Of a stretch of 64,000 nucleotides of DNA, positions 9,356-19,063 are shown in pieces. The translations under genes were made by a program, and so were the position numbers. How positions within the stretch are numbered: the stretch's first letter is position 1; the number at the start of each line of letters is the position of its first letter. Under the pieces are notes generated by a model that saw only the letters and a list, made by a program, of their open reading frames with translations, made no database searches and was not told the origin of the DNA. The DNA is from Phycisphaerae bacterium (GTDB taxonomy: Bacteria > Planctomycetota > Phycisphaerae > UBA1845 > Fen-1342): assembly GCA_050115495.1 (NCBI GenBank), contig JASFQK010000034.1, forward strand, positions 16,083 through 80,082. The letters run 5' to 3'.

Positions 9356-10339
9356 TCAGCGTTCAATCATGTCTGCCGGAATTTCGAAGCGGATCATTCC
9401 GGTTCCGCCGAAGTTGTCGGCAGGCAGCTCCAGCCGTAAGTATTCGAAACCGTCCACTGGTCGCTCAAATACCAGCACATCCTGCAGTGACGTTCCAGGG
9501 TACAGCGATTCTCGCTCTATAGCATTCTCTGCGCGAGTGCTGACACCGAAGCTGATTCTCTTGTATGTATTGCCGTGCTTGTCTCGGATGACGGCGTAGT
9601 CTCTGGACAGGGAGTAATCCCGTCCCATCCAGGTAGCAAAATCGGCCTTCTTGTTCGGGCTCCCATTCGTCACGTTGACAAGGATCCGCAGGTAGGTCTC
9701 GCTCGATTTCCAGGGCGACGAATGGGCGCGAATGGTGTCGACCAGGTCGACCTCGCCTATTCTCGCCGACAGTACCGCTATTCGCATATCTCCGCTTGCG
9801 ACGATTTCTCCGGCCTTCGTCCACGCGCTGGGTGTCGTTGAGGCTTTGGCCCGTTCGATGATCGCTGATGTGCTCTTGCGGACCGGCGCGGCGGCTACCG
9901 ACCATGCGATCCAAATGGCCAAACCAGAGACAAGCACTCCGGCCAGCGGATACCCTACAGCAGCCGCCCGGCGTTTGATGGCTATCAAGAGACCGATCAA
10001 TCCGAACAGCAACCCTAGGCCACTAATCGGCATTGATACGATGCCTATTATTGGAATCCAGCAAACCACAAACGCCAACAGTCCGAATATCAGCGACACA
10101 ATACCAAAGCTGGACGTGCGCTTCGGAAGATGCACGTTGAGCGCTGGCACCTGTGGATCATGCCCAGGAGTGCTTCGCTGGACAGAAGGCTGGACCACTG
10201 ACGGCATGCGATTGACCGTTGCCACCACCATGTTCCGCCTGTTGGCCACAGCCTCCGCGGCGACTTCGTCCGCGGCATCGATGACGATTTCGACAGCTTC
10301 CCCGGTCTCCCGGTCTGCCCCGTTGACCTGAAACTTCAC
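9356..10339 (-). CDS. Membrane protein (DUF4190-like TM block plus DUF4352-like extracytoplasmic Ig-type domain); lower-GC moron
   Basis: GGAGG then GTG at 10339. Three hydrophobic helices (SLIFGLLAFVVCWIPIIG...), then LRILVNVTN...DKHGNTY...LYPG...DVLVFERP. Confidence 0.7.
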   Translation of the reverse strand: MKFQVNGADRETGEAVEIVIDAADEVAAEAVANRRNMVVATVNRMPSVVQPSVQRSTPGHDPQVPALNVHLPKRTSSFGIVSLIFGLLAFVVCWIPIIGIVSMPISGLGLLFGLIGLLIAIKRRAAAVGYPLAGVLVSGLAIWIAWSVAAAPVRKSTSAIIERAKASTTPSAWTKAGEIVASGDMRIAVLSARIGEVDLVDTIRAHSSPWKSSETYLRILVNVTNGSPNKKADFATWMGRDYSLSRDYAVIRDKHGNTYKRISFGVSTRAENAIERESLYPGTSLQDVLVFERPVDGFEYLRLELPADNFGGTGMIRFEIPADMIER

Positions 10340-10565
10340 CGTGTACCTCCGACCTAGTCCCCAAGTGGAGCGCCTTGCGCACTCGCACAATCATTCTACA
10401 TGAAAAGGCGGGGTTCGTGGCAAGCCCCGTTGGTCACACCAAGACGGTTGGGGCGGAATCGAAACTTTGTTTTTCGACGTAACCCAATATGGGACACGGA
10501 CTTGTGTAACTGTTCGTGGATGTCGCCGAGGGACACTCGCCGAGCCACCCGTACAACCGCCCGCG

Positions 10566-10784
10566 ATGGACGCGACGCACGCAACACGATGCAAGGCCAC
10601 GCAGGCCGCGATTGCTGAGGGCCGGGTGCCCACCGGCTGGCGGCCTGACGCGTGGGCCGCGCGGTTGCGGCAGCTCGCGGACGCCTGCCGAGCACTCCAC
10701 CCCGAACGTGCCGCCGACCTCGTGGCCTGGGCCACGGCGGTCGAGCGCGCCCAAGGAGCCGACGTATGCCCGCCGCACGAGTAG
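10566..10784 (+). CDS. Hypothetical phage early protein
   Basis: First ORF of the rightward early operon, overlaps the next gene. No motif recognised. Confidence 0.45.
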   Translation: MDATHATRCKATQAAIAEGRVPTGWRPDAWAARLRQLADACRALHPERAADLVAWATAVERAQGADVCPPHE

Positions 10785-11131
10785 CCGCTGCTCGGGAACC
10801 TGCCGCACGAGTATCAGCCGTGTCATTCATGACGCTCGAAGAGGCCACGCGGTGGATCCCGCGGCGGTTCTCGGCGGCCACGATCTGGCGCTGGATTCGG
10901 TACGGGCTCACCACGTCATCCGGCACGGTCGTGAAGCTGCGCCACCTGCAAATCGGCAGGCGGATGTTCACGACGGCCGCCTGGCTCCAGGAGTTCTTCG
11001 ACGCTCTGACCGCAGCCGCCGACCAGGCGTTTCAGGGGAGATCCAAGCGCCGGCCGCAACGGAAAACGCGGAAGACGCGGAAGACGCGACGCACCGCTAC
11101 CCGACAAAGGAGGCTCGCCCGTTATGCCTGA
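10766..11131 (+). CDS. DUF1580-like HTH DNA-binding protein (copy 1)
   Basis: AAGGAG RBS. TLEEATRWIP..SAATIWRWIRYG....KLRHLQIGRRMFTT..WLQEFF. Confidence 0.75.
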   Translation: MPAARVAAAREPAARVSAVSFMTLEEATRWIPRRFSAATIWRWIRYGLTTSSGTVVKLRHLQIGRRMFTTAAWLQEFFDALTAAADQAFQGRSKRRPQRKTRKTRKTRRTATRQRRLARYA

Positions 11132-11414
11132 GGACTACATCAGCCTCGCCCAAGCGGCGCAACGCACGCCGAGCCGGGTTTCGCCGGCGACGGTCTGGCG
11201 CTGGGCGCGACGCGGCGTGAAGTCGCGGATCGGCAAAATGATCCAACTGCAGCACGTGCGGGTGGGTGGGCGGGTCTTCACGAAGCAGCGGTGGCTGGAC
11301 GAGTTCTTCGCCGCCGTCGCCGCGGCGGATCTGGAGCACCAGAACCGCATCCTGGCGCCGCAGGCCCCGCCGCACGACGAGGCCGAGGCCATGCTGAAGG
11401 AGGCGGGGCTGTGA
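11124..11414 (+). CDS. DUF1580-like HTH DNA-binding protein (copy 2)
   Basis: ISLAQAAQRTP..VSPATVWRWARRG....QLQHVRVGGRVFT..WLDEFF. Confidence 0.8.
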   Translation: MPEDYISLAQAAQRTPSRVSPATVWRWARRGVKSRIGKMIQLQHVRVGGRVFTKQRWLDEFFAAVAAADLEHQNRILAPQAPPHDEAEAMLKEAGL

Positions 11415-12313
11415 GCGAAGCACTGATCCGACTTGGTCAAGGCGACTACCAGCACGACGTGCATCCGGAGGACCTCAACATGCCCGGTGATGACAACCAC
11501 GAAACACCGCAGCTCGACCTGCGCTTTCTGATCCGCGAGCCCGCCGACGTGTACCACGCGCGGACGGGCGACCTGCTGACTTCGCATACGCTGAACGACT
11601 TCCGCCGCTGCCCGCTGCTGTTCCGCAAGAAGGGCCTCGGCCTGGTGCCGGAGCGCGACTCGGCGGCGTATCAGATCGGGCGGGCGGCGCATGCCCTGAT
11701 CCTCGAAGGCCGCGAGCGCTACGAGCGCGAGTTCGCGGTCGGCGGACCCATCAACCCGAAGACGGGCCAGCCCTTCGGCTCGCAGACGAAGGCCTTCGCC
11801 GAGTGGGCGGAGCGGCAGGGTAAGCCGGTGCTCAGCGACATCCAGGCGGCGCTGGTCGAGCAGATGGCGGCGGCCGTGCGGGAGCACGCCGTGGCCGCGG
11901 CGCTGCTCGCCGCCGGCGTGGCCGAAGGCGTGGTGCGGGCCTGCTACGGCGGGATGCCCAGTCAGGCCCGGCTCGACTGGCTCAACCCCAGCACGGACGC
12001 CGGCATCGTCGACCTGAAGACCTGCGACCACCTGGACGAGTTCGAGCTGGCGATTCGCACGTACGACTACGTGCATCAGGTGGCGTTCTACCGGGCGCTG
12101 GTCGCGCTGGTCAGCGGACACGTCCTGCCGGTGCACATCATCGCCGTCGAGAAGCGCGAGCCGTTCCGGTGCGGCGTGTGGCGCGTGCTGCCGTCGGTGC
12201 TGGACGAGGCCCAGCGCCAGAACGAAGCGGCGATGGCCGAGCTGCAAGGCTGCCGGACGACCGGCAACTGGTTCACCCGTTACGAGGCGCTGCGTGTGAT
12301 TGACCGCTTGTGA
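11411..12313 (+). CDS. PD-(D/E)XK exonuclease, RecE/exonuclease VIII (DUF3799)-like
   Basis: YHA..LTSHTL, GRAAHALILEG, QARLDW...IVDLKT...YVHQVAFY, IIAVEKREPF. GTG overlaps the upstream stop. Confidence 0.85.
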   Translation: MSEALIRLGQGDYQHDVHPEDLNMPGDDNHETPQLDLRFLIREPADVYHARTGDLLTSHTLNDFRRCPLLFRKKGLGLVPERDSAAYQIGRAAHALILEGRERYEREFAVGGPINPKTGQPFGSQTKAFAEWAERQGKPVLSDIQAALVEQMAAAVREHAVAAALLAAGVAEGVVRACYGGMPSQARLDWLNPSTDAGIVDLKTCDHLDEFELAIRTYDYVHQVAFYRALVALVSGHVLPVHIIAVEKREPFRCGVWRVLPSVLDEAQRQNEAAMAELQGCRTTGNWFTRYEALRVIDRL

Positions 12314-12446
12314 GCCCGGGCGCGGGGCCGGGTGGCGTGGCCGTCGCTCCTCCCGCCCCTTCCCTCGACGGTCGGGACTCCCTGTCCCGGCCCCGCCCCC
12401 GGATTCACGGCACACGACTGGAGACCGCAACCATGAAGGAGAACGT

Positions 12447-13229
12447 ATGAGTCTGCTGGAGCAAGTGCAACGCGGGTGCGTGGCGGCGCCGCGCCGGGTG
12501 AAGATCTACGGCCAGCACGGCGTCGGCAAGTCGACCTTCGGCGCGATGGCCGAAGCGCCGGTCTTCATCCAGACCGAGGACGGCCTGGCCAACATCGACT
12601 GCGCGCGTTTCCCGCTCGCGTCGGTGTATGCCGACGTGATCACGGCGCTGGGAGCGCTCTACACCGAAGCGCACGAGTACCGCACGGTGGTCATCGACTC
12701 CGTCGACTGGCTCGAACGGCTGATCTGGGCCGAGGTGTGCCGGAAGCGCGGCGTCGAGAGCATCGAGGACATCGGCTACGGCAAGGGCTACGTCTTCGCC
12801 CTGACGCAGTGGCGCGAGGTGCTGCAGGGCCTGGACGCCCTGCGCAACGAGCGGGGCATGCAGGTCATCCTGATCGCCCACGCTCAGATCGAGAAGTTCG
12901 CCAACCCGGAGACGGACACGTACGACCGCTACTCGCCGCGGCTGCACAAGCTGGCGTCGGCGCTGGTGCAGGAGTGGTGCGACGAGGTCCTGTTCGCGAC
13001 GTACAAGGTCCACACCAAGACCACGAACGAGGGCTTCGACCGCAAGCGGGTGCAGGGTATCGGCACCGGCGAGCGGATCATCCGTACGACCGAGCGGCCG
13101 GCGCACGTGGCCAAGAACCGCCTCGGCCTGCCCGAGGAGTTCCCGCTGGACTACCGCCTCTACGCCGCCTTCTGCCGCGGCGAGGACCCGCTCACCGAAA
13201 CCCCGGAACCTGCTGAGGAAGGAGCATAG
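12447..13229 (+). CDS. AAA_24 family ATPase (Sak4-like recombination protein)
   Basis: Walker A YGQHGVGKST, Walker B TVVIDS, GYGKGY, AKNR. Confidence 0.88.
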   Translation: MSLLEQVQRGCVAAPRRVKIYGQHGVGKSTFGAMAEAPVFIQTEDGLANIDCARFPLASVYADVITALGALYTEAHEYRTVVIDSVDWLERLIWAEVCRKRGVESIEDIGYGKGYVFALTQWREVLQGLDALRNERGMQVILIAHAQIEKFANPETDTYDRYSPRLHKLASALVQEWCDEVLFATYKVHTKTTNEGFDRKRVQGIGTGERIIRTTERPAHVAKNRLGLPEEFPLDYRLYAAFCRGEDPLTETPEPAEEGA

Positions 13230-13234
13230 CCGTC

Positions 13235-13699
13235 ATGGCGGATCTGAATGGATTCGATGCGCGCACCGTGGACCCGGCCGTCGCGTACGACCCGATCCCG
13301 GCCGGCAAGTACCTGGCCGTCATCGTGGAGTCGCAGTTCAAGGCGACGAAGAGCGGCGCCGGGCAGTACCTGGAGCTCACCTTCCAGGTGTTGGAGGGTG
13401 AATGCAAGGGCCGGCTGCTCTGGGCCCGCCTGAACCTCGACAACCCCAACGAGATGACGAAGAAGATCGCCCGGGCCGAGCTGTCGGCGATCTGTCGGGC
13501 GGTGGGCGTGATGGCGCCGAAGGACTCGATCGAGCTGCACAACCTGCCGCTGGTGATCAAGGTCGCCCACGCGAAGCGCAAGGACACCGGCGAGCTGACC
13601 AACGTCATCAAGGGCTACGAGCCGAAGGGCGCGGCGGCGGCGACGCCGGCGACGGCGGCGGCGGCAACCGCGGGCGGGAAGGCGCCGTGGCAGCGCTGA
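13235..13699 (+). CDS. DUF669 protein (phage ssDNA-binding-like)
   Basis: PIPAGKY.A.I, YLELTFQVLEG..KGR, NVIKGY, PW at the C-terminus. Usual position after AAA_24. Confidence 0.85.
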   Translation: MADLNGFDARTVDPAVAYDPIPAGKYLAVIVESQFKATKSGAGQYLELTFQVLEGECKGRLLWARLNLDNPNEMTKKIARAELSAICRAVGVMAPKDSIELHNLPLVIKVAHAKRKDTGELTNVIKGYEPKGAAAATPATAAAATAGGKAPWQR

Positions 13700-14088
13700 C
13701 GCAGGTCTTCGAGCTGCCGTACCCGCCGTCGGTGAACCACTACTGGCGGCGGGTCGGCTTCCGCACGCTGATCAGCCGCGGGGGCCGGCGCTACCGCAGG
13801 GACGTGGTCGCGCTCCTCGCGGCGGGTCGGGCGGCCCCGCTCCGCGGGCGGCTCGAGCTGGTCGTGCACGTGTTTCCGCCCGACCGCCGGCGGCGCGACC
13901 TGGACAACCTGCAGAAGGCGCTGTTCGACGCGTTGCAGCACGCCGGCGTGTACGGGGACGACAGTCAGATCGACCGGCTCGACGTGCGGCGCGGCCCGGT
14001 CGTGCCGGGCGGCAAGGTGCTCGTGCAGGTCACGGAGAGATCATGCGACGAAGTGAAGGACCACTCACGCGATGCGAAGCCGAGCTGA
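13687..14088 (+). CDS. rusA: RusA family Holliday junction resolvase
   Basis: LPYPPSVNHYWR, PPDRRRRDLDNLQKALFDAL, DDSQI. Confidence 0.9.
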   Translation: MAALTQVFELPYPPSVNHYWRRVGFRTLISRGGRRYRRDVVALLAAGRAAPLRGRLELVVHVFPPDRRRRDLDNLQKALFDALQHAGVYGDDSQIDRLDVRRGPVVPGGKVLVQVTERSCDEVKDHSRDAKPS

Positions 14089-14297
14089 TCGGCGCCGCGC
14101 TGCGCTATACCGCGGTGGCGGACTGGTTCGAGTCGCGGCCTATCACGCGGGCGGCGCGAGACGGCGAGGCCGAGGCCATGGCCGCGTTCAACCGGATCGA
14201 GGCCGAGCTGCGCCAGGCCGGCCGGCAGGTGCTGCGTCACCTTGAGCATCGCGAGCTCGTGCTCCGGCAGGCGCTGGACGGGGTGGCGACCACATGA
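14043..14297 (+). CDS. Hypothetical phage protein
   Basis: GGAGAG RBS, coupled to the helicase by an ATGA overlap. Confidence 0.55.
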   Translation: MRRSEGPLTRCEAELIGAALRYTAVADWFESRPITRAARDGEAEAMAAFNRIEAELRQAGRQVLRHLEHRELVLRQALDGVATT

Positions 14298-16081
14298 TGG
14301 TGCTGCGGCCGTATCAGCGCGAGGCGGTCGACGCCGTGTACGCGTTTCTGCGTGCGCGGGACGATAACCCCTGCGTCGTCATCCCGACGGCCGGCGGCAA
14401 GACGCCGGTGATGGCGACCATCTGCCGCGACGCCGTCCAGGTCTGGCACGGCCGCGTGCTCATTCTGGCTCACGTCCGCGAGCTGCTCGAGCAGGCGGCG
14501 GAGAAGCTGCAGCTCGTGGCGCCGGACCTGCCCGTGGGGGTCTACTCGGCGGGGCTGAAGCGCCGCGATCTCGGCTACGCCGTCACGATCGCCGGTATCC
14601 AGTCGCTCTATCAGAAGGCCTGCGACGTCGGAGCGGTCGATCTGGTCATCGTCGACGAAGCCCACCTCATCGCCCCCGACGGCGAGGGGATGTACCGCAC
14701 GTTCCTGACGGACATGCGGCAGATCAACCCGCTGGTCCGCATCATCGGCCTGACGGCGACGCCGTTTCGGCTGCGGTCGGGGACGATCTGCGCGCCGGAC
14801 AACATCCTCAACGAGGTCTGCTTCGAGGTGGGCGTGCGCGAGCTGATCGTGCAGGGCTACCTGTGTCCGCTGCGCACCAAGGCCGGCGCGCAGCGGCCCG
14901 ACTACGACCAGCTGCACGTCCGCGGCGGTGAGTACGTCGCCGGCGAGGTCGAGGCCCTGATGGATAACGAGGACCTGGTCCTCTCCGCCTGCCGGGAGAT
15001 CGTCGAGCAGACCCGGGATCGACAGAGCGTGTTGATCTTCGCCTCGGGCGTGCAGCACGGGGAGCACGTCTGTCAGGTGCTCACCGAGCGGTACCAGGTC
15101 GAGTGCGGCTTCGTCTGCGGCGAGACGCTGCCGTTTCAGCGCGATGAAACCCTGCGCCGCTTCCGGGCGGGCAATCTCAAGTATCTCTGCAACGTCAACG
15201 TCCTGACGACAGGCTTCGACGCCCCCAACATCGATTGCGTGGCGCTACTGCGGCCGACGCTGTCGCCGGGGCTGTACTACCAGATGGTCGGCCGCGGCTT
15301 CCGGCTGCACCCGGGCAAGAGCGACTGCCTCGTGCTGGACTACGGTGGCAACGTGCTGCGCCACGGGCCGGTGGATGCGATCCGCCTGGCCGACCGCGAA
15401 TCCGGCGTCGGCGGCGAGGCGCCGGCGAAGGAATGCCCGAAGTGCCACGCGCTGATCGCCGCCGGCTACGCGGCGTGTCCGGAGTGCGGCTTCGAGTTTC
15501 CCGAGCGTCAGCGCAGCAAGCACGAGGCGACGGCGGGCACGGAGGCCATCCTGTCGGGCGAGGTCACCCGCACCGAGTACGAGGTTGCCGAGGTCTTCTA
15601 CGCCGTGCACATGAAGCGTGACGCGCCGCCGGATGCGCCGCGGACGATGCGCGTCGAGTACCAGACCGGCTTCCAGACGTACGTCTCCGAGTGGGTGTGC
15701 TTCGAGCATCAGGGCTATCCGCGGCAGAAGGCCGAGATCTGGTGGCGGGCCCGCTGCGACGGGCCGGTGCCGGGGAACACCGAGGAAGCGGTCGAGCGGG
15801 CCCGGGCCGGCGCGCTGGCTCCGACCGTCGCGATCACCGTCGAGCACCGCGAAGGCGAACGTTTCGATCGCGTCGTCGCCTATCGCCTGGGGGACAAGCC
15901 CGCGGTCACGGAGACGCCGGTCGAGCTCGAGTGCCCGAACTGCGGCCGGACGGAGCGCTCGCTGCAGCCCGGCTCGGGGCCGCACGCGGCGAAGGAAGTG
16001 TGTGCGTGGTGCGGACGCTGGCTCCGCTGGGTGCCGCAGGCGGAAGCCGAGGCGCGGTGGCTGGACGAGGTGCCGTTCTAG
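14294..16081 (+). CDS. SF2 DEAH helicase (RadD/YejH-like) with zinc ribbons
   Basis: LRPYQ, PTAGGKT, DEAH, GLTATP, TTGFDAP, QMVGRGFR, CPKC..CPEC and CPNC..CAWC. Confidence 0.92.
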   Translation: MMVLRPYQREAVDAVYAFLRARDDNPCVVIPTAGGKTPVMATICRDAVQVWHGRVLILAHVRELLEQAAEKLQLVAPDLPVGVYSAGLKRRDLGYAVTIAGIQSLYQKACDVGAVDLVIVDEAHLIAPDGEGMYRTFLTDMRQINPLVRIIGLTATPFRLRSGTICAPDNILNEVCFEVGVRELIVQGYLCPLRTKAGAQRPDYDQLHVRGGEYVAGEVEALMDNEDLVLSACREIVEQTRDRQSVLIFASGVQHGEHVCQVLTERYQVECGFVCGETLPFQRDETLRRFRAGNLKYLCNVNVLTTGFDAPNIDCVALLRPTLSPGLYYQMVGRGFRLHPGKSDCLVLDYGGNVLRHGPVDAIRLADRESGVGGEAPAKECPKCHALIAAGYAACPECGFEFPERQRSKHEATAGTEAILSGEVTRTEYEVAEVFYAVHMKRDAPPDAPRTMRVEYQTGFQTYVSEWVCFEHQGYPRQKAEIWWRARCDGPVPGNTEEAVERARAGALAPTVAITVEHREGERFDRVVAYRLGDKPAVTETPVELECPNCGRTERSLQPGSGPHAAKEVCAWCGRWLRWVPQAEAEARWLDEVPF

Positions 16082-18517
16082 ATGGCCGAGACGCCGGTGG
16101 CAGAGTCGATTCAGCGCTTCCTCGGACTGCTCTTCGAGCCGGGGGACGTCTTCGAGGTGCGGGCCCCCGATTGCCGGGACCGCCCGGACGCCCGCTACAC
16201 GTACGTCTGCTGCGGCTACTTCACACATGAGACCATCGGTGCCGCCGCGCAGGCGATCGCCGAGCTGGACCGCGCCGCCGTTGCGCCGGCCGTCTACGTG
16301 ACGATGAATCCGGTTGCGCCCGCGCTGCTGGCCCGCTCGGTCAACCGCATCAAGCCGCGGGCCCGTGAGACGACGCAGGACAAGGACATCGTCTGCCGGC
16401 GTTGGCTGCTGGTCGACGTCGATCCGGTGCGGCCGGCGGGCGTCAGCTCGACCGACGTCGAACTGGCGATGGCCGCCGAGCGTGCCGGGGTCGTGGCCGC
16501 GTACCTGGCGGATTCCGGCTGGCCGGCGCCGATCCGAGTGATGTCCGGCAACGGCCATCACCTGCTGTACCGTGTCGAGCTGCCGGCGGACGACGAGGGG
16601 CTGGTGAAGCGCGTGCTGGTCGCCCTGGCCGAGCGCTACGACGACGCGGACGTGACGATTGATCGGTCCGTCCACAACGCCGCCCGGATCGTGAAAGTGG
16701 CCGGAACAGTCTCACGCAAGGGCGATGATCTCCGCGGCGTCGCCGGCCTGGACGATCGGCCGCACCGCCGGGCCGAGCTGCTCGACGTGCCCGAGGCGAT
16801 CGTCGCCGTGCCGCGCGAGCTGCTCGAACGCATGGCGCCGCCGGCGGAACCGGCATCCCTCCCACCCCCGGCGGACCGCCCCATGTGCGACCGCCTCGAC
16901 TGCACGCCGGCGGGCGTACGGGCGTGGCTGGAGGCGCACGGCGTCGAGGTCAAGGGCCACCGCCGCAACGGCGACAAGACGCTCCTGCTGCTGGCACGCT
17001 GCCCGATCAACCCCGAGATCGCGTCCACCGGCGGCTCCGACATAGCCGTGCTCGTCGGCGACGACGGCAAGCTCGCCTACTGCAACAAGCACAGCCGAGG
17101 TCAGGGATACACGTGGCACGACCTGCGCCGCGCCCTCGAGCCCGACTGGCAACCGCCGGCGGACGAACCGGACGTCGATCTGTCGGCGTTCGTGCCCGAC
17201 CGCCGCGCCGTGGCGGCGCCGAAGCCGGCGCCGTCGCTGCCCGATCCGAGTCCGCTGCCGGACGAGCTCCTGCGCGTCCCGGGCTTCGTCGGCGAGGTGA
17301 TGGACTACTGCCTGGCCACCGCGCCCTATCCGAACCCGGTGATGGCCTTCTGCGGGGCGCTGGCCCTGCAGGCGTTCCTGGCCGGCCGCCGCGTCCGCGA
17401 CGCCGGCGACAACCGCACGAACGTCTACCTGCTGGGTCTGGCCCACTCGGCCGCCGGCAAGGACTGGCCCCGCAAGGTCAACACGCGGATCGTGCACGAG
17501 GTCGGCCTGGCCGAGTGCCTCGGCGACCGCTTCGCCTCCGGGGAGGGCATTCAGGACGCCCTGTTCCTGAACCCCTGCATGCTGTTTCAGACCGACGAGA
17601 TCGACGGCATGCTGCAGTCGATCAACAAGGCGAAGGACGCCCGGCACGAGAACGTCATGGGCACGCTGCTCACGATGTACTCGTCGTCGACCAGCGTCTT
17701 CCCCATGCGTCGCAAGGCGGGCAAGGCCGCTCCGGGGGTGATCGACCAGCCCACACTCGTGATCTTCGGCACGGCGATTCCGAACCACTACTACGAGGCC
17801 CTCTCCGAGCGCATGCTCACCAACGGGTTTTTCGCCCGCATGCTCATTCTCGAATCCGGGCCGCGCTGCAAGGGGCAGGAGCCGCGGATCGCGGACGTGC
17901 CCGGGCGTGTCATGGAGACGGCCCGCTGGTGGGCGGACTTCCGGCCGGGGCGGGGCAACCTGCAGGACTGGCATCCGGTGCCGCAGGTCGTGGCGGCGAC
18001 CGAGGACGCCCAAGCGCTGCTCGTCGAGACCCGTGAGCAGGCCGAGATCGAGTACGCCCGCGCCGAGTCCGCCGGCGACCCGGTCGGCACCACGGTATGG
18101 GGGCGCGTCAGCGAGCAGACCCGCAAGCTGGCGCTGCTGCACGCCGTCAGCGCCGACCACCACGCCCCGTGTATCGACGTCGAGGCCGTCCGCTGGGCGT
18201 CGCAGTTCGTGCTGCACCAGACGCGTCGCATGCTGTTCATGGCCTCCAGCCACGTGGCGGACAACCCCTTCCACGCCGAATGCCTGAAGCTCCTGGAGAA
18301 GCTGCGCGACGCGCCCGGTCAGGAGCTGCCCCACAGCGTGCTGCTCAAGCGCATGAAAACCGACGCCAAGACGTTCGGCACGCTCGTCGAGACGCTGGCC
18401 CAGCAAGGCGACATCGAGGTGGTAACGGCGCCCACACCCGGCCGGAACATGCGGGCTTATCGGCTCGCCGGGGCGGTGAAGGAACGCTCCGAAACAACCC
18501 CAGGAGGTGAAAGATGA
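16082..18517 (+). CDS. Phage primase (AEP/RepB-like N-terminus) fused to a DUF3987-like helicase domain
   Basis: LLVDVD, SGNGHH, ID..V.NAARI.KVAGT in the N-terminus. AHSAAGKD and QTDEID in the C-terminal ATPase-like part. Confidence 0.78.
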   Translation: MAETPVAESIQRFLGLLFEPGDVFEVRAPDCRDRPDARYTYVCCGYFTHETIGAAAQAIAELDRAAVAPAVYVTMNPVAPALLARSVNRIKPRARETTQDKDIVCRRWLLVDVDPVRPAGVSSTDVELAMAAERAGVVAAYLADSGWPAPIRVMSGNGHHLLYRVELPADDEGLVKRVLVALAERYDDADVTIDRSVHNAARIVKVAGTVSRKGDDLRGVAGLDDRPHRRAELLDVPEAIVAVPRELLERMAPPAEPASLPPPADRPMCDRLDCTPAGVRAWLEAHGVEVKGHRRNGDKTLLLLARCPINPEIASTGGSDIAVLVGDDGKLAYCNKHSRGQGYTWHDLRRALEPDWQPPADEPDVDLSAFVPDRRAVAAPKPAPSLPDPSPLPDELLRVPGFVGEVMDYCLATAPYPNPVMAFCGALALQAFLAGRRVRDAGDNRTNVYLLGLAHSAAGKDWPRKVNTRIVHEVGLAECLGDRFASGEGIQDALFLNPCMLFQTDEIDGMLQSINKAKDARHENVMGTLLTMYSSSTSVFPMRRKAGKAAPGVIDQPTLVIFGTAIPNHYYEALSERMLTNGFFARMLILESGPRCKGQEPRIADVPGRVMETARWWADFRPGRGNLQDWHPVPQVVAATEDAQALLVETREQAEIEYARAESAGDPVGTTVWGRVSEQTRKLALLHAVSADHHAPCIDVEAVRWASQFVLHQTRRMLFMASSHVADNPFHAECLKLLEKLRDAPGQELPHSVLLKRMKTDAKTFGTLVETLAQQGDIEVVTAPTPGRNMRAYRLAGAVKERSETTPGGER

Positions 18518-18724
18518 TGGCTTCGACTTCGACCATGCTTCACCCTTGTTCTCCCTTCCTTCACCCCCTGAGGGTGAAAGAAGTAAATCGCGCAAATGGC
18601 TATAATATAAATAGAAACAACTACTCTCTCTATATATATAAGCCTTTCACCCTACCCCCCTCGCGCACCCCCTGTACGCGCTATTATGCGTGTGTATACG
18701 CGAGGGGGGGTGAAAGAGTGAAAC
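18475..18724. promoter_or_regulatory. Candidate phage replication origin: AT-rich tract flanked by GGTGAA(A/G)G repeats in both orientations
   Basis: About 8 copies of GGTGAA/TTCACC-type motifs around an AT-rich stretch (18601-18641), directly after the primase gene. Confidence 0.55.
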
Positions 18725-19063
18725 ATCGGCCCTTCCCGTCCCGAGCGACGGAAGCCAGCCGCGGTCACCACCACAACCGACCGGCCTGGTCGCTACACCA
18801 GAACGCCACAGGACGCCGTCCCGTTGTGCCTGTGCGGCGATCGCCACTCGGCCGGTACCCCCGGTCCACCCCATCGCGCCACGGGCCGCAGACGGCCTGC
18901 TACGGGTCCTCCCGGGCCGAGAAGAGGGAAGACGCCCGCGGGAACCGCCACCGACGGGATCAGACTTTATTTCCAGGGCCGAAATTCAACCAGATGCGAT
19001 CCGCCGTAACCCGCTGTGACGCGGCGCGATGAACGCGACCCGCCGCAACGAAAGGAAACAGCC

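Noticed and set aside
18514..19032. 172-aa ORF after the primase
   Set aside because: Runs through the AT-rich repeat region with aberrant composition. More plausibly non-coding origin DNA.
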